NCBI GenBank assembly: GCA_016181265.1
Contig: JACOZP010000008.1
Location: 20,156 to 84,155, forward strand
Direction of reading: 5' to 3'
DNA: 64,000 bases
From: Candidatus Woesearchaeota archaeon
Lineage (GTDB): Archaea; Nanobdellota; Nanobdellia; Woesearchaeales; GW2011-AR9
The notes beneath the pieces are model-generated. The model was not told the origin of the DNA. It was given only the letters and a program-made list of their open reading frames with translations, and ran no database searches. Below are positions 8,092 to 17,959 of the stretch, in pieces (the stretch's first letter is position 1; every line of letters starts with the position of its first letter). Both the position numbers and the translations under genes were made by a program.

Positions 8092-8541
8092 ATGAAATAT
8101 TTGCTAGGTGTGTTGGGATTAGCTTTAATCATAATTAGTACAACATTATTCTTGGGTGTGAAAGCCGTCCCCATAGACTCGACAGGCTCTGAAACAGATC
8201 GATCTCTGATTAAAGTAGTGACCGAAAACCAAGCAACAACTGCCGCGGTAGGGAAAGAGCAGGCGGTGACGCAACCAACTCTTTCCGGAATCACAACAAT
8301 GGATCTTCAGAAACATAATACAATGAGTGACTGCTGGGTGGGTTATCAACAGAAAGTCTATGACATCACGACGTGGCTGCCAAAACATCCCGGTTCTGCA
8401 AAAGCGATTCTTCCTTATTGCGGAACAGCTGCAGAATTTGAGCAGGCATTTACCAAGAAACATGGCAAATCAAAAGTATCTCTGTTCATGAGAGTAGCAG
8501 TATTTATGGGCGATTTTAGCCCGCAAGGTGATTTGCAATGA
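8092..8541 (+). CDS. membrane-anchored cytochrome b5-like heme-binding domain protein
   Basis: N-terminal TM/signal segment. C-terminal LQKHNTMSDCWVGYQQKVYDITTWLPKHPGS matches the cyt-b5-like pattern. Confidence 0.7.
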   Translation: MKYLLGVLGLALIIISTTLFLGVKAVPIDSTGSETDRSLIKVVTENQATTAAVGKEQAVTQPTLSGITTMDLQKHNTMSDCWVGYQQKVYDITTWLPKHPGSAKAILPYCGTAAEFEQAFTKKHGKSKVSLFMRVAVFMGDFSPQGDLQ

Positions 8542-8978
8542 TGACATCAAAGCAAGAGTATGGAGTGATGCTCTTACGCTATGCGATGGCAGGGGTATTT
8601 CTTCTCTTTGGGATCAATCAACTTTATGCACCAACAGAATGGACTGGTTTCGTCCCGGGATTGGTGAGCAAGTTGATGTCTGCCTCAACGGCAGTGATAG
8701 TGAATGGTTGTTTTGAGATTATCTTTGGATTATTTTTATTGTTCGGCTTGTATGTACGATTATCATCATTACTGTTAGGCTTGCATCTGATAGGTATTTC
8801 TTTTTCATTAGGTTACTCGCCATTAGCAATCAGAGATTGGGGGTTAGCGATGGCGACGCTTGCTCTTTTCTTGATGGGAACAGATAAATATTGTCTCGAT
8901 GTGAAGAGAACAGTGATGAAAGGCCGGCGGGGAAAGGCGGAGAATCGAGAAGAGACTAAGAATGAGGAGAAATCTTAA
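8538..8978 (+). CDS. DoxX-family membrane protein
   Basis: 4 TM helices. LRYAMAGVFLLFGINQL resembles the DoxX N-terminal motif. 4-nt overlap with the upstream cyt-b5-like gene. Confidence 0.6.
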   Translation: MMTSKQEYGVMLLRYAMAGVFLLFGINQLYAPTEWTGFVPGLVSKLMSASTAVIVNGCFEIIFGLFLLFGLYVRLSSLLLGLHLIGISFSLGYSPLAIRDWGLAMATLALFLMGTDKYCLDVKRTVMKGRRGKAENREETKNEEKS

Positions 8979-9915
8979 TCTTTACTTTCTTTATTTCTGA
9001 CAGGGCTTCCCGTTCTTTTAATAATCTATTTTTTGTGCCGATATGTTGGATTACTGAAGACGCATTCACTTGGCCGAGACGGAGACAGTCTGCAAAAGGC
9101 CAATCTTTAATCATGCCTGCGAGCACGCCGGAGGTAAATGCATCGCCAGCGCCGGCAGTATGAACTATTTCTACTTTAGGCGGGATAAATGAGTACGTCT
9201 TATTGAGATGAAGAGCATAACAGCGTTTTGCACCATCGGTAATGACAATAGTTTCTGGACCGAATGTCTGAAGCTTGTGGAGAAGTTTTATCGGTTCTTG
9301 TTCTGTCTTACATAGTACTTGCGCTTCTTCTCGATTCAAAACAAGAAGAGTAGTGACGTCAAGAATTGACTTCAGATAGGATCTCCCTTTTCGTGCGAGA
9401 TATAACGAAGGATTAAAAACAATGTTTATCTTTTTTGACCTGGCGTAAGAGGCGATGACTTTCGCCGTGTGAAATGATTTACCCATCAGCGTAGCGAGGT
9501 AGATCCAACGGGGATGAGGATGCGTTGCAGCAAAGTCGTGGGATGTCAGATCTTGCGATGCGCTTTTGTGAACGAAGATAGTACGATCAGAACCTGTTGT
9601 GGAAGAAAGGATTGTTGAAGAATCTGTTGGATGATGGCTGCGTGTTTTGCAGAGATTAGGAACGTGGTATTGTTTCATTTCTTTGAGAATGAACTCAGCA
9701 TCATGATCCGTACCTAGTTTGGTGAGCATCTTGACATGTAAGCCCAATAAAGAGAGAGCAGCGGCAGCATTCGTTGCGCCACCACCAGAATGAATCTCGG
9801 TGTGGTTGACCAGAATTTTATCTCCGGGATGGATTTTTGTGAGGGGAGTATCAACTGTTAGAAAACGATCGACGGTAGCAGAACCAACGCAGAGCACATC
9901 GTATCTGAAAAGCAT
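8956..9915 (-). CDS. PfkB-family carbohydrate/nucleoside kinase
   Basis: GGGATNAAAALSLLGL near the N-terminus and HTAGAGDAFTSGVLAG near the C-terminus (PfkB signatures). Confidence 0.85.
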   Translation of the reverse strand: MLFRYDVLCVGSATVDRFLTVDTPLTKIHPGDKILVNHTEIHSGGGATNAAAALSLLGLHVKMLTKLGTDHDAEFILKEMKQYHVPNLCKTRSHHPTDSSTILSSTTGSDRTIFVHKSASQDLTSHDFAATHPHPRWIYLATLMGKSFHTAKVIASYARSKKINIVFNPSLYLARKGRSYLKSILDVTTLLVLNREEAQVLCKTEQEPIKLLHKLQTFGPETIVITDGAKRCYALHLNKTYSFIPPKVEIVHTAGAGDAFTSGVLAGMIKDWPFADCLRLGQVNASSVIQHIGTKNRLLKEREALSEIKKVKIKISPHS

Positions 9916-9982
9916 AGATTATCCACCTCTTTTTATTCTAGAGAGGAGAATGAAGTTTAAATAAGTTTTTGTTGACTTTAGT

Positions 9983-10822
9983 TCACTGTTTCCACACTAT
10001 CTTGGAGAAAGTATGATCCTTATCAATCACAATTGTGGCATCTGCTTTAATCTTCTCATAACAAAGATACGTAAACGGCAAGAAAAGGTTGACAAATTGT
10101 TCAACTTCTTGTTCAGTCATCCCTTGCTTACGTATCTGTTTTAATTCGTGTTCTTGCTGTTGACGCCATTGGAGATGTAAGGAAGCTGATTCTGGACGAA
10201 GCATGACCATATAATCCAGAAACTTCCAGAGGGGACGATATCTCTTGATGAAACGCAAGACGAGAGCAGCATGGGTCAGTTTAGGATCGATCTCTTTTAA
10301 AGGAATGTTGTGCTTGCTACAGAGACGGGCCAGAGCTAAGGGGGTTACAGAAGGGATGCCAACGCACCAGCCTTCAAAGAGAACAAAGTCCGGTCTTTGT
10401 GAGACCACTGTTTTCAGGGGGGAGAGGTCGCCCTTGCCGTTGTTGATAGATTTGTCGAAAATGGGTAGTTCGGTACGGCGGCCAGATCTCAGATCGTAGA
10501 GGACAGTTTGGAGGAGAGAGATGCGATGTGTTCCGGGAAGACCACGCGGGATCTGATAGAATGGGTTCTGGGGGTATTTTTTCTGTAATGCTTCTCGTTT
10601 TGACAAGGGAAGATAAAAATCATCGATGGAAAAAGAAGTGACGTGGTATCCCTTCAATTCTAATTCTTTTTCAAGAACTTTGACGAGTGTTGTCTTTCCT
10701 GTCCCTTGACCGCCTTGGATGCCGATGATGGTAGTTTGGTTCTTCTTGTAGAGTTTTTCAAAGCGAGCGATAAGGGGATGAAGAATCTTTTCGTGTTCTT
10801 GGCGACTGAACGGCGAGGGCAT
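9983..10822 (-). CDS. P-loop kinase, glycerate-3-kinase/uridine-kinase-like
   Basis: Walker A IIGIQGGQGTGKTTL followed by SIDDFY and EGW motifs, as in the COG4240-type kinases. Substrate not assignable. Confidence 0.6.
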   Translation of the reverse strand: MPSPFSRQEHEKILHPLIARFEKLYKKNQTTIIGIQGGQGTGKTTLVKVLEKELELKGYHVTSFSIDDFYLPLSKREALQKKYPQNPFYQIPRGLPGTHRISLLQTVLYDLRSGRRTELPIFDKSINNGKGDLSPLKTVVSQRPDFVLFEGWCVGIPSVTPLALARLCSKHNIPLKEIDPKLTHAALVLRFIKRYRPLWKFLDYMVMLRPESASLHLQWRQQQEHELKQIRKQGMTEQEVEQFVNLFLPFTYLCYEKIKADATIVIDKDHTFSKIVWKQ

Positions 10823-10847
10823 CGGGAGGAAGGAATCATTTCTGCTC

Positions 10848-11393
10848 TTATATATCTTCTGGCAACTTCATCATCTCATTTTCCACATGAATCAAAGCCA
10901 TCCTTAACGCTTGCTTAGTATATTCCTTGCGCGTAACTCTGCCTCGTGTTAATACTCCAATAATCCCTTCAGCTTTGCCTACTTCGGGATTAGGAGTATA
11001 GCCAGCAAGATACGCAGCATCATTGAGATTCTTTCCTTGTTTGACAAAAGCTAGGATATCTTCTGGACAATTAAAACCCGAAGAGAAACCATAATGAACA
11101 TTCTTACCATCGTAAACCGCACAGACCGTAACTTCCATCAGACCGCCGTTCGCTAAAGGAGCTTCCAGAAACCCGGATTCGATGCCGACACTAAAATGAC
11201 AATTGCGATAGGCTGCTTTAGCTCGATTTTGCGCGCCAAGCATCGTTTGATCCAGAGTTAATGGCTGATCACCAACACCAGAATCGACTCTCGAAGGGAT
11301 GACCATCGCCGCGCATAAGAGATCATATTCTTGAATGACTTCTGTCAACGCCTGGATTTTAGTGGGATTGTCTGTGCCAATGTTAATGTTCAT
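10848..11393 (-). CDS. inosine/xanthosine triphosphatase (YjjX/DUF84 NTPase)
   Basis: MNINIGTDNPTKIQAL N-terminus, SGVGDQP, SVGIESG. I prefer the ATG at 11393 over the TTG-initiated extension to 11444 in the track. Confidence 0.7.
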   Translation of the reverse strand: MNINIGTDNPTKIQALTEVIQEYDLLCAAMVIPSRVDSGVGDQPLTLDQTMLGAQNRAKAAYRNCHFSVGIESGFLEAPLANGGLMEVTVCAVYDGKNVHYGFSSGFNCPEDILAFVKQGKNLNDAAYLAGYTPNPEVGKAEGIIGVLTRGRVTRKEYTKQALRMALIHVENEMMKLPEDI

Positions 11394-11492
11394 AGAATCA
11401 GCGGTTAATTCAGCATTTAAAAGAATTTCGAGACTTCGAACCAACTTGAAGTCTTCAGAATCTATTTAAATAAGGAAGTTCTAACAGAGGGA

Positions 11493-12071
11493 ATGGCGAA
11501 AAACAATTTCCTCTTAGTTGACCTGAATGAATCGAAGACAAAGAAACTAGCAGAAACGATTACGTCCGATACCAGCAGGATGATCCTTAATTATCTCACC
11601 GAAAAAGAAGGTGTAGAAAGTATTATTGCTAAAGACTTGAACCTGCCTCTTCCTACTGTCCATTATCATCTGCAGAAGCTGCAGGAAGCGGGTCTTGTCA
11701 CGGTCGAAGAATTTCATTACAGCCAGAAAGGGAGAGAAGTGAATCATTACAAGCTGGCGAATAAATATATCATCATCGCGCCAAAGAAAGTAACAGGTTT
11801 GAGGCAGAAGTTACGAGGGATATTACCCGTAGGTTTGATTATCGCGGGGGTAAGCGCAATCTGGGGATTTGTCAACCGAACTTCAGCTGTCGCGACAAAA
11901 TCGATGGCAGCTGAACAATTGGCGATGCCGATGTTGGAACAGAATATTGTCATGGTCCAGCCGCCAGTGTATGCTGATCAATACAGTGTGTTATGGTTCT
12001 TGGCAGGCGGCTTGTTTACGTTATTGATTTACGTGCTGATCATCGTGATGCAAGAAAAGATGAGAAGGTGA
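11493..12071 (+). CDS. ArsR-like winged-helix regulator with C-terminal transmembrane segments
   Basis: SRMILNYLTEKEGVESIIAKDLNLPLPTVHYHLQKLQEAGLV (wHTH), then two hydrophobic helices. ATTTAAATAAGG TATA about 25 nt upstream of the ATG. Confidence 0.7.
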   Translation: MAKNNFLLVDLNESKTKKLAETITSDTSRMILNYLTEKEGVESIIAKDLNLPLPTVHYHLQKLQEAGLVTVEEFHYSQKGREVNHYKLANKYIIIAPKKVTGLRQKLRGILPVGLIIAGVSAIWGFVNRTSAVATKSMAAEQLAMPMLEQNIVMVQPPVYADQYSVLWFLAGGLFTLLIYVLIIVMQEKMRR

Positions 12072-12076
12072 TTTAC

Positions 12077-12814
12077 ATGAATGAAAAGACAACACATGGA
12101 TTAATTATGGGAGGATTGGCGTTATTGTTATTGTTCGCACTCTTCCAAGTGAATGAAAAAGGAAGTGCAGGAGAAAACATTCCAAAGATAAGTGTCTCGG
12201 GAATGGCAGAAATGGAGATCATGCCAGATGAAGCTGTTCTCTCATTGACCGTGCTAACGGAAGGCAGCGACGCGAAAGATGTTCAAGAGAGAAATACGCA
12301 ACAGATGAATGCAGTCATCGCTGCGTTGAAAGAAGCAGGTGTGGATGACGAAGAGATTGAAACGACAGGATATAATCTTTACCCTTGGCAGGAATGGAAT
12401 CCTTCTTTGCAAAAGAGCGTGGAGAAAGGATATCGCTTGCAACAGACGATCACGGTGACGACAAAAGAAACGACCAAGGCGGGAGAGCTAGTCGATGTTG
12501 CGGTGAAGAGCGGCGTGAACACGGTCAACGGGATCTCATTCAGACTTTCCACGGATCGAGAACAGGAAGTACGCGAAGAATTAGTAGCATTAGCATCAAC
12601 GAAAGCACGAGAGAAGGCAGAAACATTAGCGAAGAGCTTGAAAGTCTCGTTAGGAGATGTGCTTTACGCGACCGAGAGTAGTTTTAACAATGGACCTTGG
12701 TACTACGGCGGTATCGCTAAAGCAGTGGCGATGGAAGCAGCTTCTGCGCCAGACATTGCTCCGGAACAGGTGAAGGTTTCGATTCAGGTAAATGTGGATT
12801 ATGAGGTGGATTAA
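12077..12814 (+). CDS. SIMPL/DUF541-family secreted protein
   Basis: Signal/TM LIMGGLALLLLFAL. ISVSGMAEMEIMPDEAVLSL and GYRLQQTITV fit DUF541. ATG at 12077 chosen; the track start at 11993 overlaps the upstream gene. Confidence 0.65.
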   Translation: MNEKTTHGLIMGGLALLLLFALFQVNEKGSAGENIPKISVSGMAEMEIMPDEAVLSLTVLTEGSDAKDVQERNTQQMNAVIAALKEAGVDDEEIETTGYNLYPWQEWNPSLQKSVEKGYRLQQTITVTTKETTKAGELVDVAVKSGVNTVNGISFRLSTDREQEVREELVALASTKAREKAETLAKSLKVSLGDVLYATESSFNNGPWYYGGIAKAVAMEAASAPDIAPEQVKVSIQVNVDYEVD

Positions 12815-12873
12815 TTTTTTATTTTTTTTCCTTCGACCAAAAAACATAAAAGGAAAGAGAGTATACTTTCGAC

Positions 12874-13302
12874 GTGATTCAGAGAAATAAACAGCACATC
12901 GATCGAAAGCTTGTTCTCCGTCTGCGTTTTCTCTTTGCAGTTTTTATGTTCATGGCCATCATCATCAGCTATGATGTGGTCGTCGGAGCGATCCGTTTCC
13001 TGTTAGCGCTTTCTGGAGTCCTTATCGGGATAGGCCTTGGATTTCTGGCAGGGAGAATGATGCGGATACGATGGCATGAGAAAAAGAACAAGATCAGCAC
13101 AGAGATGGATAAGCAGGGAGTGATTATCTTGGTAGCATATTTGATTTTTGTTTTTTTCCGTGACCGGCTGTTAGGACATTGGCTGGATGGTGCAGTACTT
13201 ACGGCCTTCGGGTTCAGTCTCTTGACAGGGATTCTCTTCGGACGTTATCTCAACATGAAATTAGAAATCGAAAGGGTATTAAAAGAAAAAAATTATTGGT
13301 GA
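12874..13302 (+). CDS. integral membrane protein, hypothetical
   Basis: 142 aa with 4 hydrophobic helices. No family recognised. Confidence 0.55.
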   Translation: MIQRNKQHIDRKLVLRLRFLFAVFMFMAIIISYDVVVGAIRFLLALSGVLIGIGLGFLAGRMMRIRWHEKKNKISTEMDKQGVIILVAYLIFVFFRDRLLGHWLDGAVLTAFGFSLLTGILFGRYLNMKLEIERVLKEKNYW

Positions 13303-13316
13303 TTTAACTATACGAT

Positions 13317-13850
13317 CTAAGTTGCATCTATCCGTTCAATGAACGGGATGAAAATATGCAATGCAGGGACATCTAAATAATCCAAAATCTTCTTCTTCCC
13401 CACGATCCATTTGTAATTATTTTCTATATAACCAAAAGGCCGAATAAGAAATAATTTTTGAGAGCCTTCTCCGGAATATTTCTCGGCAGGATTAAATTTA
13501 AAATAAGGTACAGGTAAACCGCCAATGGAGATTATACTGTCGAGGGTAAAAGAATATGCACATGGAGAGAGATAATCAGATTCAAATGTCTGTTTTCCGG
13601 CTTCCAATCTCCGTTTCCGAGGAAATTTACCAAAGATCCCAATGTCATTGTATCTTACTAACGTACAATATTTTTGGGGGCAGGGAATGAGTGGTAGCTG
13701 ATCCGTTTCTTCAGCCGTTTCTTCAGATCCGTAATTTCTAGATGGCTTGAGTACCGTGAAGCGAGCAGTGTACATGACTAAATCTCCAAACTGAGGATTG
13801 TGTTGTTGTAAATCAATTGATTTGTACCATTCCGAATCGCGCCAGGTCAT
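13317..13850 (-). CDS. hypothetical protein
   Basis: 177-aa ORF without a competing frame. No motif recognised. Confidence 0.5.
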   Translation of the reverse strand: MTWRDSEWYKSIDLQQHNPQFGDLVMYTARFTVLKPSRNYGSEETAEETDQLPLIPCPQKYCTLVRYNDIGIFGKFPRKRRLEAGKQTFESDYLSPCAYSFTLDSIISIGGLPVPYFKFNPAEKYSGEGSQKLFLIRPFGYIENNYKWIVGKKKILDYLDVPALHIFIPFIERIDAT

Positions 13851-13904
13851 AATGATCTTTTGGGGGGGTAATATTTAAAAATACGTTGTGTATTTCCATA
13901 CAAC

Positions 13905-14606
13905 ATGATCCAAAAACTGATCCAGCTTGGTTTAACCGGAAGGGAAGCGCAGGCATATCTAGCACTTTATAATTTCCAAGAAGCAACAGCGCCGCAGCTT
14001 GCGAAAGTGACGAAAGAGCATCGCACGAATATCTATGACTCTTTGCATTCTCTTGTCAAAAAAAGTCTCATTACATATATTATCAAAAACAACGTACGCT
14101 ACTATAAAATTTTAGATCCGATTAAGCTCGCGGAGTATTGCAGCGAAAAAGAGAAGATTGCCCAATCGCTCATTCCAGAATTAACTCAGAAATTACAGCA
14201 GCAAGAAGAAAATCCGATTGTTGAAGTGTTCGAAGGAAGAGAAGGATTTAAATCAATACTATCCAAGATTATTCGAGAAGGAAAAACGATTTATGCCATC
14301 GGCGCTTCAGAACAATGGAAAGAAGAATTCCCTATCTCGTTATCCCAATATATGAGGGAAAGGGAATTAAAGAAAATCAAAGCAAAATTACTCTATGTGA
14401 AAAATAGTAAGCCCATTAAACACCAATTGAATGAAATTCGCTTCATTCCCACAGAGTTTGTCCAGCCTTCCACAATTGCTATTTTTGGAGATTATGTCGT
14501 GGTATTAATGTGGACGACACCATTAACTGCAACTTTAACTAAAAGCAAACAGTTAAGCGCTTCTTTTAGAAAATATTTTGAAGTTTTGTGGAAAATAAGT
14601 AAATAG
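13905..14606 (+). CDS. TrmB-family transcriptional regulator
   Basis: MIQKLIQLGLTGREAQAYLALYNFQEATAPQLAKVTKEHRTNIYDSLHSLVKKSLI is the TrmB N-terminal wHTH pattern. Confidence 0.8.
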   Translation: MIQKLIQLGLTGREAQAYLALYNFQEATAPQLAKVTKEHRTNIYDSLHSLVKKSLITYIIKNNVRYYKILDPIKLAEYCSEKEKIAQSLIPELTQKLQQQEENPIVEVFEGREGFKSILSKIIREGKTIYAIGASEQWKEEFPISLSQYMRERELKKIKAKLLYVKNSKPIKHQLNEIRFIPTEFVQPSTIAIFGDYVVVLMWTTPLTATLTKSKQLSASFRKYFEVLWKISK

Positions 14607-14615
14607 AAAAAAAAA

Positions 14616-15923
14616 TTACGGCTTTTCCCTCACCGGATCCCTTGGCAATAGAACAGCTTCTCGCACATTATCCAGCAGCAACAATCGCTGGGTAATCCGA
14701 TCTAGTCCAAATCCTGCGCCGCCATGCGGAGGACAGCCGTAGATAAAAATCTCGGCATATTCTGGCATCCCTTCCGGGTCAAGCCCTTTTTCAGCAGCTT
14801 GTTTCTTCCAGACATCAAGACGATGTTCACGCTGTGAGCCGGAGCAGATCTCGACACCATTAAACAAGAGGTCAAATGATTTGGTGACGTGAGGATTGTT
14901 CTCTGCTTTCATCTGGTAAAATGGTTTGACTTCCCATGGGAAGTGGGTGATGAAGACAAACTCAGATCCGTATTTCTCTTTGACAATCTCGCAGATCAAC
15001 TTCTCTCCTTCGGAATCTAAATCTTCCTCAGGAGCATATTTTTTCCCTTTCTGAGTAAGCAGTTTCTTCGCTTCATCCATGGTTAAGCGAGGGATGTTTT
15101 GGGGAATCTCATGGCTCACACCAAGAAGCTGCAATTCAGCAGCAGATTCGGTCTTTAAGTGAGTGATTAAATCGACAAACATTTTCTCGATAAGATCCAT
15201 GACATCGGTGAAATCTTTGATGAAGCCCATCTCAAAATCCACACCAGTGAACTCTGTCAGATGACGCATCGTGTTCGATTTCTCGGCACGAAATACAGGA
15301 CCAATTTCATAAACGCGTTCAAAACCGCCGCCGACAAACATCTGTTTATAGACTTGTGGTGATTGTGCTAAGTACATCGGCCGCCCGAAGTAATCGACTT
15401 TGAAGAGTTCGGCACCGGATTCAACACCAATTTTCGTCAGTTTGGGACTGTTGATATTAGTAAATCCATTCCGATCAAAGAAATTGGTGATGATCTTGAC
15501 AATCTTGCTGCGAATCTTAAAGATCGCCTGATGTTTAAGATTTCTGGTATCGAGGAGACGATGATCAAGCCGTTTATCAATATTTGTCTGACTTTTATCA
15601 GTATTATCGATAGGGAGAGGAGTTCCAGCAAGAGAGAGAAGTTTGATAGTTTTGACACCGACTTCAATACCCCAACGAGATTCTTTATTTTCTTTAGGAA
15701 CGCCAACGATCTCAACGACAGATTCTTTAGTCAGTTCGTTGACAAGATTAAATGACGTTTCTTCCGTTTCACCTTTAAACGCAACAGTTTGGATATCTCC
15801 GGTGCGATCTCTCAGGATGATAAATTTGATTTTGCTAAGGTTCCGGATTTCTTGAATCCAGCCCTGAAGAAGCACTTCTTTGTTCAGATACAATTTTAAT
15901 TCTGAAATAAGGGTACGGGTCAT
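14616..15923 (-). CDS. aspS: aspartyl-tRNA synthetase, archaeal type
   Basis: N-terminal OB fold (VLLQGWIQEIRNLSKIKFIILRD). Class II motif 2 FRAEKSNTMRHLTEF and motif 3 GGAGFGLDRI. Discriminating versus non-discriminating status cannot be told from the sequence. Confidence 0.9.
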   Translation of the reverse strand: MTRTLISELKLYLNKEVLLQGWIQEIRNLSKIKFIILRDRTGDIQTVAFKGETEETSFNLVNELTKESVVEIVGVPKENKESRWGIEVGVKTIKLLSLAGTPLPIDNTDKSQTNIDKRLDHRLLDTRNLKHQAIFKIRSKIVKIITNFFDRNGFTNINSPKLTKIGVESGAELFKVDYFGRPMYLAQSPQVYKQMFVGGGFERVYEIGPVFRAEKSNTMRHLTEFTGVDFEMGFIKDFTDVMDLIEKMFVDLITHLKTESAAELQLLGVSHEIPQNIPRLTMDEAKKLLTQKGKKYAPEEDLDSEGEKLICEIVKEKYGSEFVFITHFPWEVKPFYQMKAENNPHVTKSFDLLFNGVEICSGSQREHRLDVWKKQAAEKGLDPEGMPEYAEIFIYGCPPHGGAGFGLDRITQRLLLLDNVREAVLLPRDPVREKP

Positions 15924-15971
15924 AACCCACTTAAAATAAGTAATTCTTTTTATTACTTTTGGTAGGGAAAA

Positions 15972-16610
15972 TCACGGTTTATAATAGATACTTCGAACAA
16001 GCCCACTGGAGGGGTCATCCCCTTCTATACAGAGATGTTCCCACGGTTTAAAGAGCTGACGGGAATGTCTTCTTTGAAGATAAATGCGTCCATCGGCACG
16101 CCACTCGAGATCTTTCTCTCGAGGGAGGAGCTCGTCGAGGCCCTTGTCAACGAAACTAACGAGTGAAGGAGGGGTATAGATGTATCCTTTTCCGTGCGAG
16201 TTAAGGACGCGATGCGCTTCGCGCAGGCCGCGTAGCTTGTCGGAGACGTAAGAGAAAGCTAAAGTTGAGTACACCAAGTCAAAAGTTTTCTGTGGAAAAG
16301 GTAGCTGTTGGATATCTCCTTGCAGAAGAAGAAGGTTTGTACGGGGAGAGTGCGAAGTGACAAAGAGATCAATGCCATAAAAATAGTGCTGAGGATACAT
16401 CGCTGCAAGATCAGAGATGGCAAAACCTTCCCCACAGCCGAGATCAATAACTCTTCTTCCAGAAGAAGAAGCGAGAGTATCATGGATAGATTGTGAGGTC
16501 TGCTCACCGAGAAAAAGAGAAACACTTTCCCAATGACGATGGCGATTTAGCGTAGGGAGTACTTGTTGGAGTACAGCATATTGTCGTCGGCGATCTTCCT
16601 CTGAGAACAT
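15972..16610 (-). CDS. class I SAM-dependent methyltransferase
   Basis: Motif I VIDLGCGEGF and post-I/II spacing typical of the Methyltransf_11/25 type. Confidence 0.75.
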   Translation of the reverse strand: MFSEEDRRRQYAVLQQVLPTLNRHRHWESVSLFLGEQTSQSIHDTLASSSGRRVIDLGCGEGFAISDLAAMYPQHYFYGIDLFVTSHSPRTNLLLLQGDIQQLPFPQKTFDLVYSTLAFSYVSDKLRGLREAHRVLNSHGKGYIYTPPSLVSFVDKGLDELLPREKDLEWRADGRIYLQRRHSRQLFKPWEHLCIEGDDPSSGLVRSIYYKP

Positions 16611-16635
16611 GAAGTCCGAAAACGTATGCTTCTTT

Positions 16636-17847
16636 TTATATTCTTCCTCTTATTTTTTCCGTGGTAAGAATTTTGTGAAGAGCATGAATGTACGTTGCCG
16701 TACGAAAATCATATTGCCGGTCACGGAATGAATCCCAGACTTTATGAAAAGCGGTGACCATCTTCTCTTTTAGACGGGTCTCTACTTCTTGCGCCGTCCA
16801 ATAATAATTGGTTCTATTCTGTACCCACTCAAAATAAGATACCGTCACACCGCCGGCGTTGGCAAGAATGTCAGGAAGGACAAGAATCTTTTTGCGATGA
16901 AGTATTTCATCTGCAGTTGGTGTTGTCGGACCATTGGCTAGTTCGAGAATGATTCTTGCGTTTATTTTGTCTGCATTTTTTTCGGTGATGACGCTGCTTA
17001 ACGCAGAGGGGATAAGTATGTCACAGGTAAGCGTAAGGAGCTCTTCATTACTAATCTTTTTTCCAGAATGGTAATTCTGCACGGAACCTGTTTTTTCTTT
17101 AATGGTTACAACTTCATCAACTGGAAGGCCTTGCTGAGCGTAGATGCCCCCTTTGGAATCAGAAACCGCAATAATACTGAAACCGCGATCAGAGAGAAGC
17201 TTTGCAACGTTCATGCCAGCGTTACCAAAGCCTTGAATTACTACACTTTTTCCTTTGAGTTTCAATTTCTTAATCGCTTCTTCTAGAACGTACACGCCGC
17301 CAAGCGCAGTGGCGATATCGCGGACCAATGAACCGCCTAATTCTAATGGTTTACCGGTAATCATCCCGGGATCATGATGACCAACTTTTTTTTCGTACTC
17401 GTCAAGCATCCACGCCATAATTTGCCCATTTGTGTAAACATCTGGAGCGGGAATATCAATCTTCGAACCGAGATGATCTGCAAACGCACGAACATACGCG
17501 CGGCTTAATTCCTGCATCTCTTTTTCGGAGAGAGACTTAGGATCAACGGTAATTCCCCCTTTCCCGCCGCCTAAAGGGATGTCGGCAACAGCCGTCTTGA
17601 GCGACATCCAGAATGCTAATGACTTTACTTCATCTTCATCGACTTCCGGATGGAAGCGGATGCCCCCTTTGTAAGGTCCTCGGGAATTGTTGAATTGAAC
17701 ACGATAGGCCGGATATTTTTTGCCATTCACAGTTAACTCAGCTTTGTGAATATGAATTGGTGTTTCCAGCAGCTTTATTTCTGCTGCCGAAAGGTTAGCA
17801 AGCGGGGCAATTTTCCGAATGAAATGTTGTACATGGTCAAAGGTCAT
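16636..17847 (-). CDS. gdhA: Glu/Leu/Phe/Val-family dehydrogenase (glutamate dehydrogenase-like)
   Basis: PLGGGKGGITVDP catalytic Lys motif. VVIQGFGNAGMNVAKLL dinucleotide fold. Confidence 0.88.
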   Translation of the reverse strand: MTFDHVQHFIRKIAPLANLSAAEIKLLETPIHIHKAELTVNGKKYPAYRVQFNNSRGPYKGGIRFHPEVDEDEVKSLAFWMSLKTAVADIPLGGGKGGITVDPKSLSEKEMQELSRAYVRAFADHLGSKIDIPAPDVYTNGQIMAWMLDEYEKKVGHHDPGMITGKPLELGGSLVRDIATALGGVYVLEEAIKKLKLKGKSVVIQGFGNAGMNVAKLLSDRGFSIIAVSDSKGGIYAQQGLPVDEVVTIKEKTGSVQNYHSGKKISNEELLTLTCDILIPSALSSVITEKNADKINARIILELANGPTTPTADEILHRKKILVLPDILANAGGVTVSYFEWVQNRTNYYWTAQEVETRLKEKMVTAFHKVWDSFRDRQYDFRTATYIHALHKILTTEKIRGRI

Positions 17848-17959
17848 TGCATCGTCGGAAGAGAAAGGATATTTAAAGATTAGTGAAATGTGTTCGTAAC
17901 ACTAAAGAGTGGAGACAGGAAAAAGATAGTTTTAAAAATGTTGGAGATATTCCAAGAAG

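Noticed and set aside
11993-12076. Alt-start extension of the SIMPL-family ORF overlapping the preceding regulator gene
   Set aside because: The extension overlaps 79 nt of the upstream CDS in another frame. The ATG at 12077 is followed immediately by a signal/TM segment, as expected for this family.
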